From: an uncultured delta proteobacterium
GTDB taxonomy: Bacteria; Desulfobacterota; Binatia; Binatales; Binataceae
Reading direction: 5' to 3'
Assembly: GCA_963774705.1 (NCBI GenBank)
Contig: CAVZFW010000001.1
Location: 383,356-447,355, forward strand
DNA length: 64,000 nucleotides
Shown: in pieces, positions 38,648 to 48,557 of the stretch
How positions within the stretch are numbered: position 1 is the stretch's first letter
How the letters are laid out: the number at the start of each line of letters is the position of its first letter
The notes under the pieces: model-generated
What the model saw: the letters and a program-made list of their open reading frames with translations, nothing else
Told to the model about the DNA's origin: nothing
Database searches by the model: none
Position numbers and translations under genes: made by a program

Positions 38648-39959
38648 TTAACTGCGAAAGACTTCGACCGGTAATTCGCGCGACGCTTGTCGCGCCGGAT
38701 AAAACGTCGCTACTAGGCACAACAGCATCGACGCCACCGCCACCAGCGCGAGGTTGAGCGGCTGCATCTCCACCGGCAGCGTGGACATCCCGTAGATTTC
38801 TTTCTGAATGTGGATGAAGTGATAATGCGCTAGAACGAAGCATCCGATCGCGCCGAGCAGCAGTCCCGCCGTGGTGCCAAACGCTCCAACGATCATTCCT
38901 TTCAGCACGAAGATTAGTCGCACCTCGCGCGGCGTCGCTCCCATCGACATCAGCACCGCGATGTCCTTGCGCTTCTCCATCACGACCATGATCAGAGTCG
39001 CGACCAGGTTGAAGGCCGCCACGCCGATCAGCATCAGGAGCACCAGCGCATAGACCCGCTTGAGCATTTCGAAACCGGCCGCCGCCGCTTCGTTGAACTC
39101 CATCCAGTTGCTCACGCGATACGACGGACCGAATTCAGCTCGCAATTGCGCGGTCACCGCGTCGGTGTTGTCGAGATTGATCAGCTGAATCTCGAGGCCA
39201 TCGACTTTGCCCTCGCGCCCGAAAAACCATTGCGCATTTTGCCAGTCCCATGAAGACCAGGTCGCGATCGAGAAACGCGACGCCAGATTCGAAGATCGCG
39301 CCAACCGTGAAATGGCCGGTCTTGGTCGCGATATCGTTGTCGGGTCCGGCCGTCACCGGAACCACCGCCGTGACCGGATCGCCGATCGCGACCTTGAGCT
39401 TTTCCGCCAGGGTCGAACCGATCGCGATCGCGCCGTCCGACGGCGTCGACGCGATCGCGGGTAATCCCAACAGCGGCGCGCGCGCTCGGCGCCGCGATGG
39501 ATGCTTGCCCGGCGCCGCGGCCGGCGGTGTGCTCGGCGCCGCAAGCTGGTCGAGCGAGCCGTGCTGAATGTAGCCCTTCAGCTGCGCCACAATGGTCGCG
39601 TTTTGCGGATCGATTCCGCGAACGATCACGCCACTGATACCACGCGGCGAGCTCATCATCGCCTGCCCGACGATAAACGGATCCGAGCCCGCTACGCCCC
39701 GCGTCGCATCGGCGCGCGCCAACAGCGCAGCGTAATTCGCGATTGAGCCGTCAAAGCTCAGAATCTGCACTTGCGGCGTCAGCGTCAGTATTCGCTGTCG
39801 CAGGCTCTGCTCGAAACCGCCCATCACCGCGAGCACAACGACCAGCGCAGCCACGCCGATCATCACCCCGATTGCGGTGAAAATTGTCGTAATCGAAATG
39901 AAGGCGTCGCGCCGGCGCGCCCGCAAATAACGCGCAGCTATCTGTAGTTCATATCGCAA
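38648..39959 (-). CDS. lipoprotein-releasing system permease LolC/LolE (FtsX-like); one frame disruption near 39250
   Basis: The N-terminal ORF 39135-39959 (MRYELQIAARYLRARRRDAFISITTIFTAIGVMIGVAALVVVLAVMGGF) joins ORF 38648-39304 (…MEKRKDIAVLMSMGATPREVRLIFVLKG…TFYPARQASRL.PVE). Confidence 0.85.
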
Positions 39960-40027
39960 GTGAATTCTGAATCAGTGCGAGCGCAGTGTGCGGTTCAGGC
40001 GCGGTGCACTCCGAAAATCGCGCGCCT

Positions 40028-41245
40028 TCAATATATCACTTTGTCACGCTTCAGCTCTTCGATCTCGCTCGCCGTCAGCCCGAGGATTTCCTTCAGCACC
40101 TCGTCGCTATGCTGTCCGAGCACCGGCGCCGGCCGCTGCGGACCGCCCGTCGTGCGGCTCATCCGATGTTCGAGGCCCTCGTAGGGCGACGGGCCCATCT
40201 CTTTATGATCGAGCCATTGCCAGAAGCCGAACGCCTCGAGGTTCTCGTCGCGATGGATGTCCATGCAGTTCTGCACGGGATACGCGGAGACCCCGGCGGC
40301 CTGCAGCGCGGCGGTTAACTCCTCGGCGTTGCGCCCGCGCACTAGCGCGCCGATGAATTCGTCGAGCGCCGCGAGGTCGCGAAAGCGTCCGCGCATCGTC
40401 GCGAAGCGCGCATCGACCACGGGATTGCCTAGCACCGCGAGCAACGCCTGCCACTCCGTATCGTCTGCGACCGCGATCGCGATCCAGCGCTCGTGTCCGT
40501 CATCATCGGCGCATCGATACGCGCCATGCGGCGCGTAGCGCTCGGATCGATTTCCGACCGGGCCAAGCACGCGTCCCGTCGCGAAGTAATCGACCAGCAT
40601 CGGCGCCAGGTTGTGCAGCGAGGCTTCATACTGCGCCATGTCGATATATTGACCCTTGCCGGTTCGGCGGCGGTAATCGAGCGCCGCGATCAGTGCGCAC
40701 GCCGCAAAGCGCGGTGCGATAAAATCCGTATACGCGCCGTACGGCGGACATGGCTCCGCTTCCGAATAGCCGGAGACGTGGTAGAAACCCGACAGCGCCG
40801 CCATCAGGTTGCCGAAACCGGGGTAGTCGCGATGCGGTCCGGTCTGGCCCTGCATGCAGGTCGACAGCATGATCAGGTCGGGTTTGATCGCGCACATCCG
40901 CTCGTAGTCGAGATTCCAGTTGCGCAAAGTCTTGGGCGTAAAGCTCTCGGTCACAACGTCCGCCCACGGCAGCATCCGCAGAAAAAGCTCGCGTGCGCGC
41001 GGCTTGCTCATGTCGAGCGCGAGGCCGCGCTTGGAAGTGTTGAAGCTGGCGAAGAACTGACTGTTGTTGACGCCGGGCTGAGCGTCTTTCCACGGCGGTG
41101 CGAGGCGCAAGCCGTCGAGCCGCGCCGCCGATTCGATCCGCACGACGTCGGCGCCGTAATCGGCAAGGTACTTCGTCGTGACCGGGCCGACCGCATACCA
41201 GGTGAAGTCGAGGATGTGAATTCCCGCAAACGGCAGAGCGCTCAT
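40028..41245 (-). CDS. CaiB/BaiF family III CoA-transferase
   Basis: 405-aa ORF. …GIHILDFTWYAVGPVTTKYLADYGADVVRIE… is the family III signature. Confidence 0.9.
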   Translation of the reverse strand: MSALPFAGIHILDFTWYAVGPVTTKYLADYGADVVRIESAARLDGLRLAPPWKDAQPGVNNSQFFASFNTSKRGLALDMSKPRARELFLRMLPWADVVTESFTPKTLRNWNLDYERMCAIKPDLIMLSTCMQGQTGPHRDYPGFGNLMAALSGFYHVSGYSEAEPCPPYGAYTDFIAPRFAACALIAALDYRRRTGKGQYIDMAQYEASLHNLAPMLVDYFATGRVLGPVGNRSERYAPHGAYRCADDDGHERWIAIAVADDTEWQALLAVLGNPVVDARFATMRGRFRDLAALDEFIGALVRGRNAEELTAALQAAGVSAYPVQNCMDIHRDENLEAFGFWQWLDHKEMGPSPYEGLEHRMSRTTGGPQRPAPVLGQHSDEVLKEILGLTASEIEELKRDKVIY

Positions 41246-41276
41246 CGGATCATTTCTCCCGCGAAATCAGCCGAAC

Positions 41277-42536
41277 TCAGATCGTCCCGGCCGCACGCAG
41301 CGCGACGATCTCCCGCGTGCTCAGTCCGAGCAGGCCGCCATAGATCTCGCGATTATGCTCGCCGAGTCGCGGCGCGGCGCCCTGCGGTCCGACCGGCGTC
41401 TCGCTCATTTTCGCAAACGCGCCCGGCAGGGTGAATTTACGCCCGAGTCCCGCGTGCTCGACGGTGACGAAGTAGTCACGCGACTTCAGCTGCGGATCGT
41501 CGGCGATATCGGCGGCATTCGCCACTGGCGCGCCAAACAGGCGCCGCTTCAGGATATTTTGCCACAACTCTTTCTTGGTCTTGGTTAGGAAGAAGCGCTG
41601 AATCACTTCTTCGGTTTCATCGAGTTCCTTCAAATCTGCTGGCGTCGCCGACATGAATCCTGACGGCGTCAGCGATTTGAGACCGCCGTCGCGCGTCAGC
41701 CATTCGGGCGCTGCGCCTTCTTCCTTCATCCAGGCGATTATTGCCTTGGTCGAATTGAAATACGCGCCGCCCGCGATCAGAAACGAGATGTGCCCATCCT
41801 TGCATTCATAGACAGTTTTGCGCCGACCGCCGATCGCGCCGGTGAACACGCCGCTACGCCGCAGGTAATCGCCGTGCAGCAGCGGCATTGCCTGCTCATT
41901 CATCAGAGTCCACACGCCGCAGGCCTGCGCGTTCACCACGATATGCTGACCCATGCCGTCAGCCTGGCGCGCGTAATACGCAATCATCAAAGCGACCGCG
42001 GCCTCGGCGCCTGCGTGCAACCACCCTTGCGGCACGCTCATCTGCACCGGCGGCTTACCCGGCTCGCCCATCATGAACATCGCGCCGCCCGATGCCCACG
42101 AAACGATATCCGCCGCCTTGTAGTCTTTGCCCGGGCCCTTGTCGCCGAACGGCGTGAGCGTCGCATGGATCAAGCGCGGGTTGAGTTTCGCGAGCGTCTC
42201 GTGACCGAGGCCGATCGATTCCAGATGACCGAGCGGAAACGCTTCGACTATGAAATCGGCGCGCTGCACCAATTCTTTCAGCAGTTCACGCCCGTCGGCG
42301 GTTTCCAGGTTGAGTGTGATCGATCGCTTACCAGCCTGGTAAGCAAGAAAATGCAGGCTGTGATCGAGCTCCGGTTCGTCGTCGAGAAATGGCGGCATCT
42401 TGCGCGTCGCGCAACCTTGCGGCGGCTCGACCTTGATCACTTCCGCGCCCATGTCCGCGAACATTTTTCCGCAAAGCGCGCCCTTCTCGTCGGTGAGGTC
42501 GAGCATGCGCACGCCCTTGAGCAATTCCGAACGCAT
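41277..42536 (-). CDS. CaiB/BaiF family III CoA-transferase (paralog)
   Basis: 419-aa ORF. …VRMLDLTDEKGALCGKMFADMGAEVIKVEPP…. Confidence 0.9.
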   Translation of the reverse strand: MRSELLKGVRMLDLTDEKGALCGKMFADMGAEVIKVEPPQGCATRKMPPFLDDEPELDHSLHFLAYQAGKRSITLNLETADGRELLKELVQRADFIVEAFPLGHLESIGLGHETLAKLNPRLIHATLTPFGDKGPGKDYKAADIVSWASGGAMFMMGEPGKPPVQMSVPQGWLHAGAEAAVALMIAYYARQADGMGQHIVVNAQACGVWTLMNEQAMPLLHGDYLRRSGVFTGAIGGRRKTVYECKDGHISFLIAGGAYFNSTKAIIAWMKEEGAAPEWLTRDGGLKSLTPSGFMSATPADLKELDETEEVIQRFFLTKTKKELWQNILKRRLFGAPVANAADIADDPQLKSRDYFVTVEHAGLGRKFTLPGAFAKMSETPVGPQGAAPRLGEHNREIYGGLLGLSTREIVALRAAGTI

Positions 42537-42733
42537 CGTTGCGACTCCGTCTCCAAGCGTTAGGCCGACGCGCGCAATCAGATGACGATCGCCGCGCGTT
42601 TCGATCGCGTCGCGATTCTAGGGCAATTGGTCGATGGGGGGAAACTCTCGAGAGAACACCCGCCGGCGATCTTGTTCCGATCTTCATGTCCAGGTCGCGT
42701 GAAGATCGCGAATGCGGTGAGGCCAGCGCGCAG

Positions 42734-43546
42734 CTACTTCTCCATTGTCGCGCGCGCGGCGCCGATCGCCGTCGCATAGTCGGCGTGTTCCGGGATCAGG
42801 AAGCCACTGCCGAATACAAAGTTGAGCCGCTTCATCTTCTGCATGAAACGAAAAATCCGCGTCAGTTTGCCAGTCAGCACGATGTCCTCCTGGCCGCAAC
42901 CCCGCGCCGCCGCGATCGCTAGCACCGAAATCACCTCCACGATCATATTCATGATCGCGAGCGCCTTGTCTTCGGCGGTCGCATCGGCGCTGATTTTGCC
43001 GAAATTCGACGCCGTGGTGCCGGGCGGCAGTCCGCCGATCGCGCCGCCTGCAATATCGCGCACCGTCAGATCCACGCGCGACAAATCTCCGCGCTCGGCG
43101 AGCTTTTCGAGCGTCTCGAAGGTCGAGACTCCAAGCATATGTTTGGACAGTCCTCGCAGCGTGCCGCCGCCGAGACCGGTGCCGCTGACATGATCGATCT
43201 TGGCGCCGTTGACCGACACGATCGCCGTGCCCGTGCCGAGCGAAACTACCAGCGCGCGATCCTTTTTCGCCAAGGAAGTTCCGCCGATTCCGATCGCCGA
43301 GAACTCGTTGACCTTCGTCACTGGACGGCCGAGCAGCGTTGCCGCCAGCGCGCGCGATCCGGCGCCGGTAGCGGCTACGTGATCGATCTTTTCCAGCGGG
43401 ATGTCGTACGTTTCGACCAGCTTGCCGAGCGCGCCCGCCGCCGCCGCAATCGGATCGTTTGCCTCAATCGTGACGACATGGACATCGCCGTTGTCCAGGA
43501 TGACCGCGTCCGTGGTGGAACCGCCGATATCTATTCCGACGATCAT
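42734..43546 (-). CDS. coaW: type II pantothenate kinase-like (CoaW/Fumble family) ASKHA ATPase
   Basis: 270-aa ORF. MIVGIDIGGSTTD…, VSLGTGTAIVSV…VSGTGLGGGTLRGLS…, …RGDLSRVDLTVRDI…TTASNFGKI… and …YATAIGAA… are colinear with staphylococcal-type PanK-II blocks as I remember them. Confidence 0.7.
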   Translation of the reverse strand: MIVGIDIGGSTTDAVILDNGDVHVVTIEANDPIAAAAGALGKLVETYDIPLEKIDHVAATGAGSRALAATLLGRPVTKVNEFSAIGIGGTSLAKKDRALVVSLGTGTAIVSVNGAKIDHVSGTGLGGGTLRGLSKHMLGVSTFETLEKLAERGDLSRVDLTVRDIAGGAIGGLPPGTTASNFGKISADATAEDKALAIMNMIVEVISVLAIAAARGCGQEDIVLTGKLTRIFRFMQKMKRLNFVFGSGFLIPEHADYATAIGAARATMEK

Positions 43547-43870
43547 AGGGTGGTGCCGACTCCTGTTCGGCCCGTGCAGAGGCTAGAACATCGGCAATCG
43601 GTTGTGCAAACGGCCATTTTCCGCGCCTTGCATCAGTACTTCTGTTGGCTTGTGTAAGCAGATGGCGCAACAGCCCTACTATTCATAAATCTCGGTTGCA
43701 TTGCAGCAGTGGCGCTGCCGATTTCGATCGCCTCCAACCCAATGGGAAGTCTGAAACCTTGCTGATGTTTCACAAAAAAAGCCATAGAGTTTTGCGTTCC
43801 TGATCCTTTGGTTTATGCGCGCTTGATACCGCGCGTTCTGCGCATTTCGTGATGTGATACCGTAGTTCCA

Positions 43871-44749
43871 ATGGCACGCCGCAAGGCTGACGACGATCAA
43901 GGACTCTTTCGCCCGCGGCAGCCGGTGGCTCAGCCGCTCGCTGATCGGATGCGTCCACGTGCGCTCGACGAGGTCGTCGGCCAGGAGCATCTGCTCGGCC
44001 CCGGCAAGTTGCTCAGCCAGATGGTTGCGGCTGGCACTCTGCATTCGATGGTCTTGTGGGGGCCGCCGGGCGCCGGCAAAACCACCATCGCACTGCTGCT
44101 CACGCAGCAATCGGACGCCATCTTCAAATCGATCGCCGCGGTTGCCGCCGGCGTCGCCGTCATCTCCGCGTTCATCAAAAGCATGCGCGGCAGCGATCCC
44201 GACGCGGCGCTCTACTGGATGACCCGGATGGTGGAGGCTGGTGAGGACGCTCTGTTCATCGCGCGCCGCATGGTCATCTTCGCCGCCGAGGATATCGGGA
44301 ATGCCGACCCGCGCGCGCTCCAGGTAGCAATCGCGGTTAAGGAAGCCGTCGAATTCGTCGGCTTGCCGGAGGGCGTCATTCCACTTGCGCAGGGTGTCAC
44401 CTACCTCGCCGGCGCGTCGAAATCGAACGCTTCTTACCGCGCGATGAATGCAGCGCGTGAGGACGCGCGCAAGCTCGGCGCCTTGCCCGTGCCGCTCCAT
44501 CTGCGCAACGCTCCGACCAAGCTGATGAGCAATCTTGGCTACGGTAAGGAATATCTCTACCCGCACGATTTCGCCGACGCGATCGTCGGACAGGGTTATC
44601 TGCCGGATCACCTCGACGGCCGAATCTACTATTCGCCTTCAGATAGGGGCTACGAGGCACGCATCCGCGAGTATCTCGATCGGGTGCGGCGTATGCGAGC
44701 GGCCGCACGCACCGCCACGGCCGAACTCACCGGCAAAAAGCGCCCTTGA
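43871..44749 (+). CDS. rarA: replication-associated recombination protein A (RarA/MgsA) with an in-frame internal deletion of the AAA+ core
   Basis: 292-aa ORF. The N-terminus and Walker A are present (LADRMRPRALDEVVGQEHLLG…HSMVLWGPPGAGKTT). After …IAAVAAGV the sequence jumps straight to the MgsA_C region (ISAFIKSMRGSDPDAALYW…HLRNAPTKLM…). Confidence 0.85.
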   Translation: MARRKADDDQGLFRPRQPVAQPLADRMRPRALDEVVGQEHLLGPGKLLSQMVAAGTLHSMVLWGPPGAGKTTIALLLTQQSDAIFKSIAAVAAGVAVISAFIKSMRGSDPDAALYWMTRMVEAGEDALFIARRMVIFAAEDIGNADPRALQVAIAVKEAVEFVGLPEGVIPLAQGVTYLAGASKSNASYRAMNAAREDARKLGALPVPLHLRNAPTKLMSNLGYGKEYLYPHDFADAIVGQGYLPDHLDGRIYYSPSDRGYEARIREYLDRVRRMRAAARTATAELTGKKRP

Positions 44750-44773
44750 AATCCGCTGTCCAGGAAAGTGGAA

Positions 44774-44819
44774 GCGGTGTGTAAAACACCGCCGCGAGGC
44801 CGCTTCGCGCGCCTCGCGG
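44774..44819. terminator. tandem GC-rich hairpins between convergent rarA and the HU gene; probable bidirectional terminator
   Basis: GCGGTGT-gtaaa-ACACCGC (44774-44792) and CCGCGAGGC-N10-GCCTCGCGG (44792-44819). U-rich tracts follow on both strands (…cggtgTTTTac on the minus strand, …gaacTTTTg on the plus strand). Confidence 0.5.
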
Positions 44820-44851
44820 TGGTGAGAACTTTTGCGGTGTTGAAGAGAAGA

Positions 44852-45136
44852 TTAGCGCGCGCCGAGCACTGAATCCTTCAGCGCCTTGGCCGGCGTGAAA
44901 CGCAGCCGCGTGCGCGCGGGAATCTTGATGGCGGCTCCGGTCATCGGATTGCGCCCCATCCGCGCCTTGGTCTTGCGCTTGCGGAAGATGCCGAGCCCGG
45001 CCAGCCGCAGCGATCCTTCCTTCTTCAGCTCCCGAACCACGAGAGCGGTAAGTTCCTCGATCGCCGACTTCGCCTGCTTCTTGTTGATGCCGACCTTGTC
45101 GGCGAGATGGGTTGCTACCTGCGACTGCGTCATCAT
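44852..45136 (-). CDS. HU/IHF family DNA-binding protein
   Basis: 94-aa ORF. …INKKQAKSAIEELTALVVRELKKEGSLRLAGLGIFRKRKTKARMGRNPMTGAAIKIPA… A strong RBS (AGGAGG) precedes it. Confidence 0.9.
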   Translation of the reverse strand: MMTQSQVATHLADKVGINKKQAKSAIEELTALVVRELKKEGSLRLAGLGIFRKRKTKARMGRNPMTGAAIKIPARTRLRFTPAKALKDSVLGAR

Positions 45137-45364
45137 CCTCCTCCTGGTGGCCCCAAAGTGGCCTCACATCTCAGCGTGAACTACTGAATTGGCATTTTCA
45201 AGTATCGACGGAGCAAAAATGCCCATTTTTTCCCGAAAGAATGCGAATTTTTGCACAAATCGACCAATTTCTGCCGCCAGATGTGGGTTTTTGAAACTCG
45301 ACGGCGTCTGGCGCCGGTCTGACAGGCGATTTTGTACCCATCGGATTGAATCACGCGGATGCTT

Positions 45365-46096
45365 TCAGTAGCGCACTTCGACCAAGAACAAACCTTGTGG
45401 TGGTGCGGACGCCGGCGCCAATGATCGGTCCCGCGCGTCGATTAGCGCCGTCACTTGCGGCGGGGCGAGCCTCCCTCGTCCGACTTCCACCATCGTCGCA
45501 ACCATCGTCCGCACCATGTGCCGCATGAAGCTGCTCGCCTCGACGCGATAAATGAAACGTTCCCCTTCGCGACTCCACTCGCTCATATATACGCAACGCA
45601 GCGTAGTCGTCTCATCGGAGCCAAGGGATCGAAATGATGCGAAATCATGTTCGCCGATGAAACGTCGTGCCGCTTCATTCATCGCGTCGAGGTCCAGGTG
45701 CGACGGCATCAGCCACGCATAGCGATAGTCGAAAGGCGAACGACGATCGCGATTGAGCACGCGATATTCATACACGCGCAGCTGCGCGTCGCGACGCGGA
45801 TCGAAATCGTCGCTCACTCCGGAGGCTTCGACGATCGCGATGTCGGACGGCAGCAATGCATTCATCGCGCGCTTGAGTTCGTCTGGCGCGAATTCTCGTG
45901 GAAGGTCGAATGCAGCAACCTGGCCGAGTGCATGCACGCCTGCGTCGGTGCGGCCCGAACCGTGTACGCGTACGTGGCGCGAGAAGATTTGAGCGAGCGC
46001 GGCCTCGAGGCGCGCCTGAATCGAATCCTGTCCGACCTGCAGTTGCCAACCGGAATAGTTGGAGCCGTCGTACTCGAGCTTTATGCGGATTTTCAT
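45365..46096 (-). CDS. truA: tRNA pseudouridine(38-40) synthase
   Basis: 243-aa ORF. MKIRIKLEYDGSNYSGWQLQ…VHGSGRTDAGVHALGQVA… with the catalytic Asp in GRTDAGVHA. Confidence 0.95.
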   Translation of the reverse strand: MKIRIKLEYDGSNYSGWQLQVGQDSIQARLEAALAQIFSRHVRVHGSGRTDAGVHALGQVAAFDLPREFAPDELKRAMNALLPSDIAIVEASGVSDDFDPRRDAQLRVYEYRVLNRDRRSPFDYRYAWLMPSHLDLDAMNEAARRFIGEHDFASFRSLGSDETTTLRCVYMSEWSREGERFIYRVEASSFMRHMVRTMVATMVEVGRGRLAPPQVTALIDARDRSLAPASAPPQGLFLVEVRY

Positions 46097-46213
46097 CGCA
46101 GAAAGGAGCTTCGCGTGTAGCCTGCGCTACAAATCATCAATCCCGCTTTCGGATTCAGCAATAGCTCGATGAATACGTCGACGACGCCCGAGTGAAGCGC
46201 CACTTTAAACGAA

Positions 46214-47182
46214 TTAGGAGAAAGGAAACCAGAGGCTTTCCGCGATCCACAGCGCGGTCGTTGCCGCCACGCGCGCACTGTCGAAGACGCACCACATAAC
46301 GGCGCCGTTGCCGCTTGCTCGCATACGAATAATGATGGCTTCCTGGCCGACCGCATCGACGAAGCCTGCTGGATCATCGCCCTCGATAAACAGAATTCCC
46401 GGCGCGGCGCGCATCATCGGAATCCATTGGTGCGCATCGCCCGTCGATGACATCGCGCTGATCGCGACGGCTTCGCCATGAAAGGCGGGTGTCTGGACTA
46501 ATTGCACGGCGATGGCGGGACCGCCACCGACCAGTTCCGTTACCTGCGCTGCAATCGAATCTCCCAGCGCACCCCCGTTTTCCGGGATGTAAAGGTTGAA
46601 CGCGAGTTGCGTTTCTTCCTCCCCGATATCGAGACGCGCATTAAGCAGTTCAGCGGTCTGGTTGAAAAGATCGGAGACCCGTTCACGTCCGCTGGCACTC
46701 GCACCAGCGAGCACTGTGGCGCCGACGAATCCGCCGGTCACGCCGATTGCGTTGATCACCGTCGCGATCACTTGTGCTGCCGGATGGGGGACGGCGATCA
46801 ATTTGTGCGCTTTGAAATCCTGTACCCGATCGCGCGGAACGATGCCGGGCGCGATCATCGGCACCTTCGATGGTAGGCGGCCGGACGCGCTCAAATCGAT
46901 CAGTATCGGACCCGGGCGTTCCTCGATGATTTCGAGTGCGCGGATTTCCGGTACGGCAAGAAACGCGATATCGAAGGTCGCCAAATCGGCCGGGGAGTTG
47001 AGTTTCGAAACTGTCAGACTGCGGCCCGCGGATTCGACCGAGTCCGACGATCCCGCCTCGGCCGCAAAGAGCACGAGTTCGGAGCAGGGAAACTCACGCT
47101 CGCCGACTAAATCGGCGATCTGGCTGCCGACCGTGCCGGTGGCGCCTACCACCGCCACTCGCGGTTCACGGCCGCTTGGCAT
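46214..47182 (-). CDS. usg: USG-1 / aspartate-semialdehyde dehydrogenase-like protein lacking the canonical active-site Cys
   Basis: 322-aa ORF with the Rossmann N-terminus VAVVGATGTVGSQI. The segment KLIAVPHPAAQVIATV aligns to the Asd motif I(A)NPNCSTI with Pro in place of Cys. It lies directly upstream of truA, as usg does in E. coli. Confidence 0.75.
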   Translation of the reverse strand: MPSGREPRVAVVGATGTVGSQIADLVGEREFPCSELVLFAAEAGSSDSVESAGRSLTVSKLNSPADLATFDIAFLAVPEIRALEIIEERPGPILIDLSASGRLPSKVPMIAPGIVPRDRVQDFKAHKLIAVPHPAAQVIATVINAIGVTGGFVGATVLAGASASGRERVSDLFNQTAELLNARLDIGEEETQLAFNLYIPENGGALGDSIAAQVTELVGGGPAIAVQLVQTPAFHGEAVAISAMSSTGDAHQWIPMMRAAPGILFIEGDDPAGFVDAVGQEAIIIRMRASGNGAVMWCVFDSARVAATTALWIAESLWFPFS

Positions 47183-47188
47183 TGGCGT

Positions 47189-48298
<1,110 letters not shown>

Positions 48299-48557
48299 TG
48301 CGAGCTGACCGAGACGGGTCGGAAATCACGCCGACCGCTTGCGCTTCTCCGTGCTAATAAGATTTGGCCATTGCGATTGTTTGGCCCGGGCGTTTGAGAT
48401 CATAGACGGTGATGAGCCCACAGCTCGGGATCATATTGCCATCACGCCGGCGCGCAAACAAAAGAGCGTCGAGCCTCCAAATGCAACGCCCTAGCACTTA
48501 GCCCAAGCGCATCCCTCCGGCAAGCCCCGCCCCGACACGTTGTGCCAGAATGCCGGC

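Noticed and set aside
43679-44611. Long ORFs antisense to, or out of frame with, recognisable genes. Examples are 43679-44611(-), 18162-19163(-), 12022-12891(-), 61042-62166(+), 40493-41434(+), 59827-60615(+), 41790-42563(+), 27679-28512(+) and 35265-35807(-).
   Set aside because: They overlap well-supported genes on the other strand or frame (rarA, the acyl-CoA dehydrogenase, BCCP and mutase, rho, the CoA-transferases, rpsB, gyrB, selA and dodecin). Their composition is Arg/Ala/Pro/Gly-rich and low-complexity, which is typical of stop-poor alternative frames in high-GC DNA.
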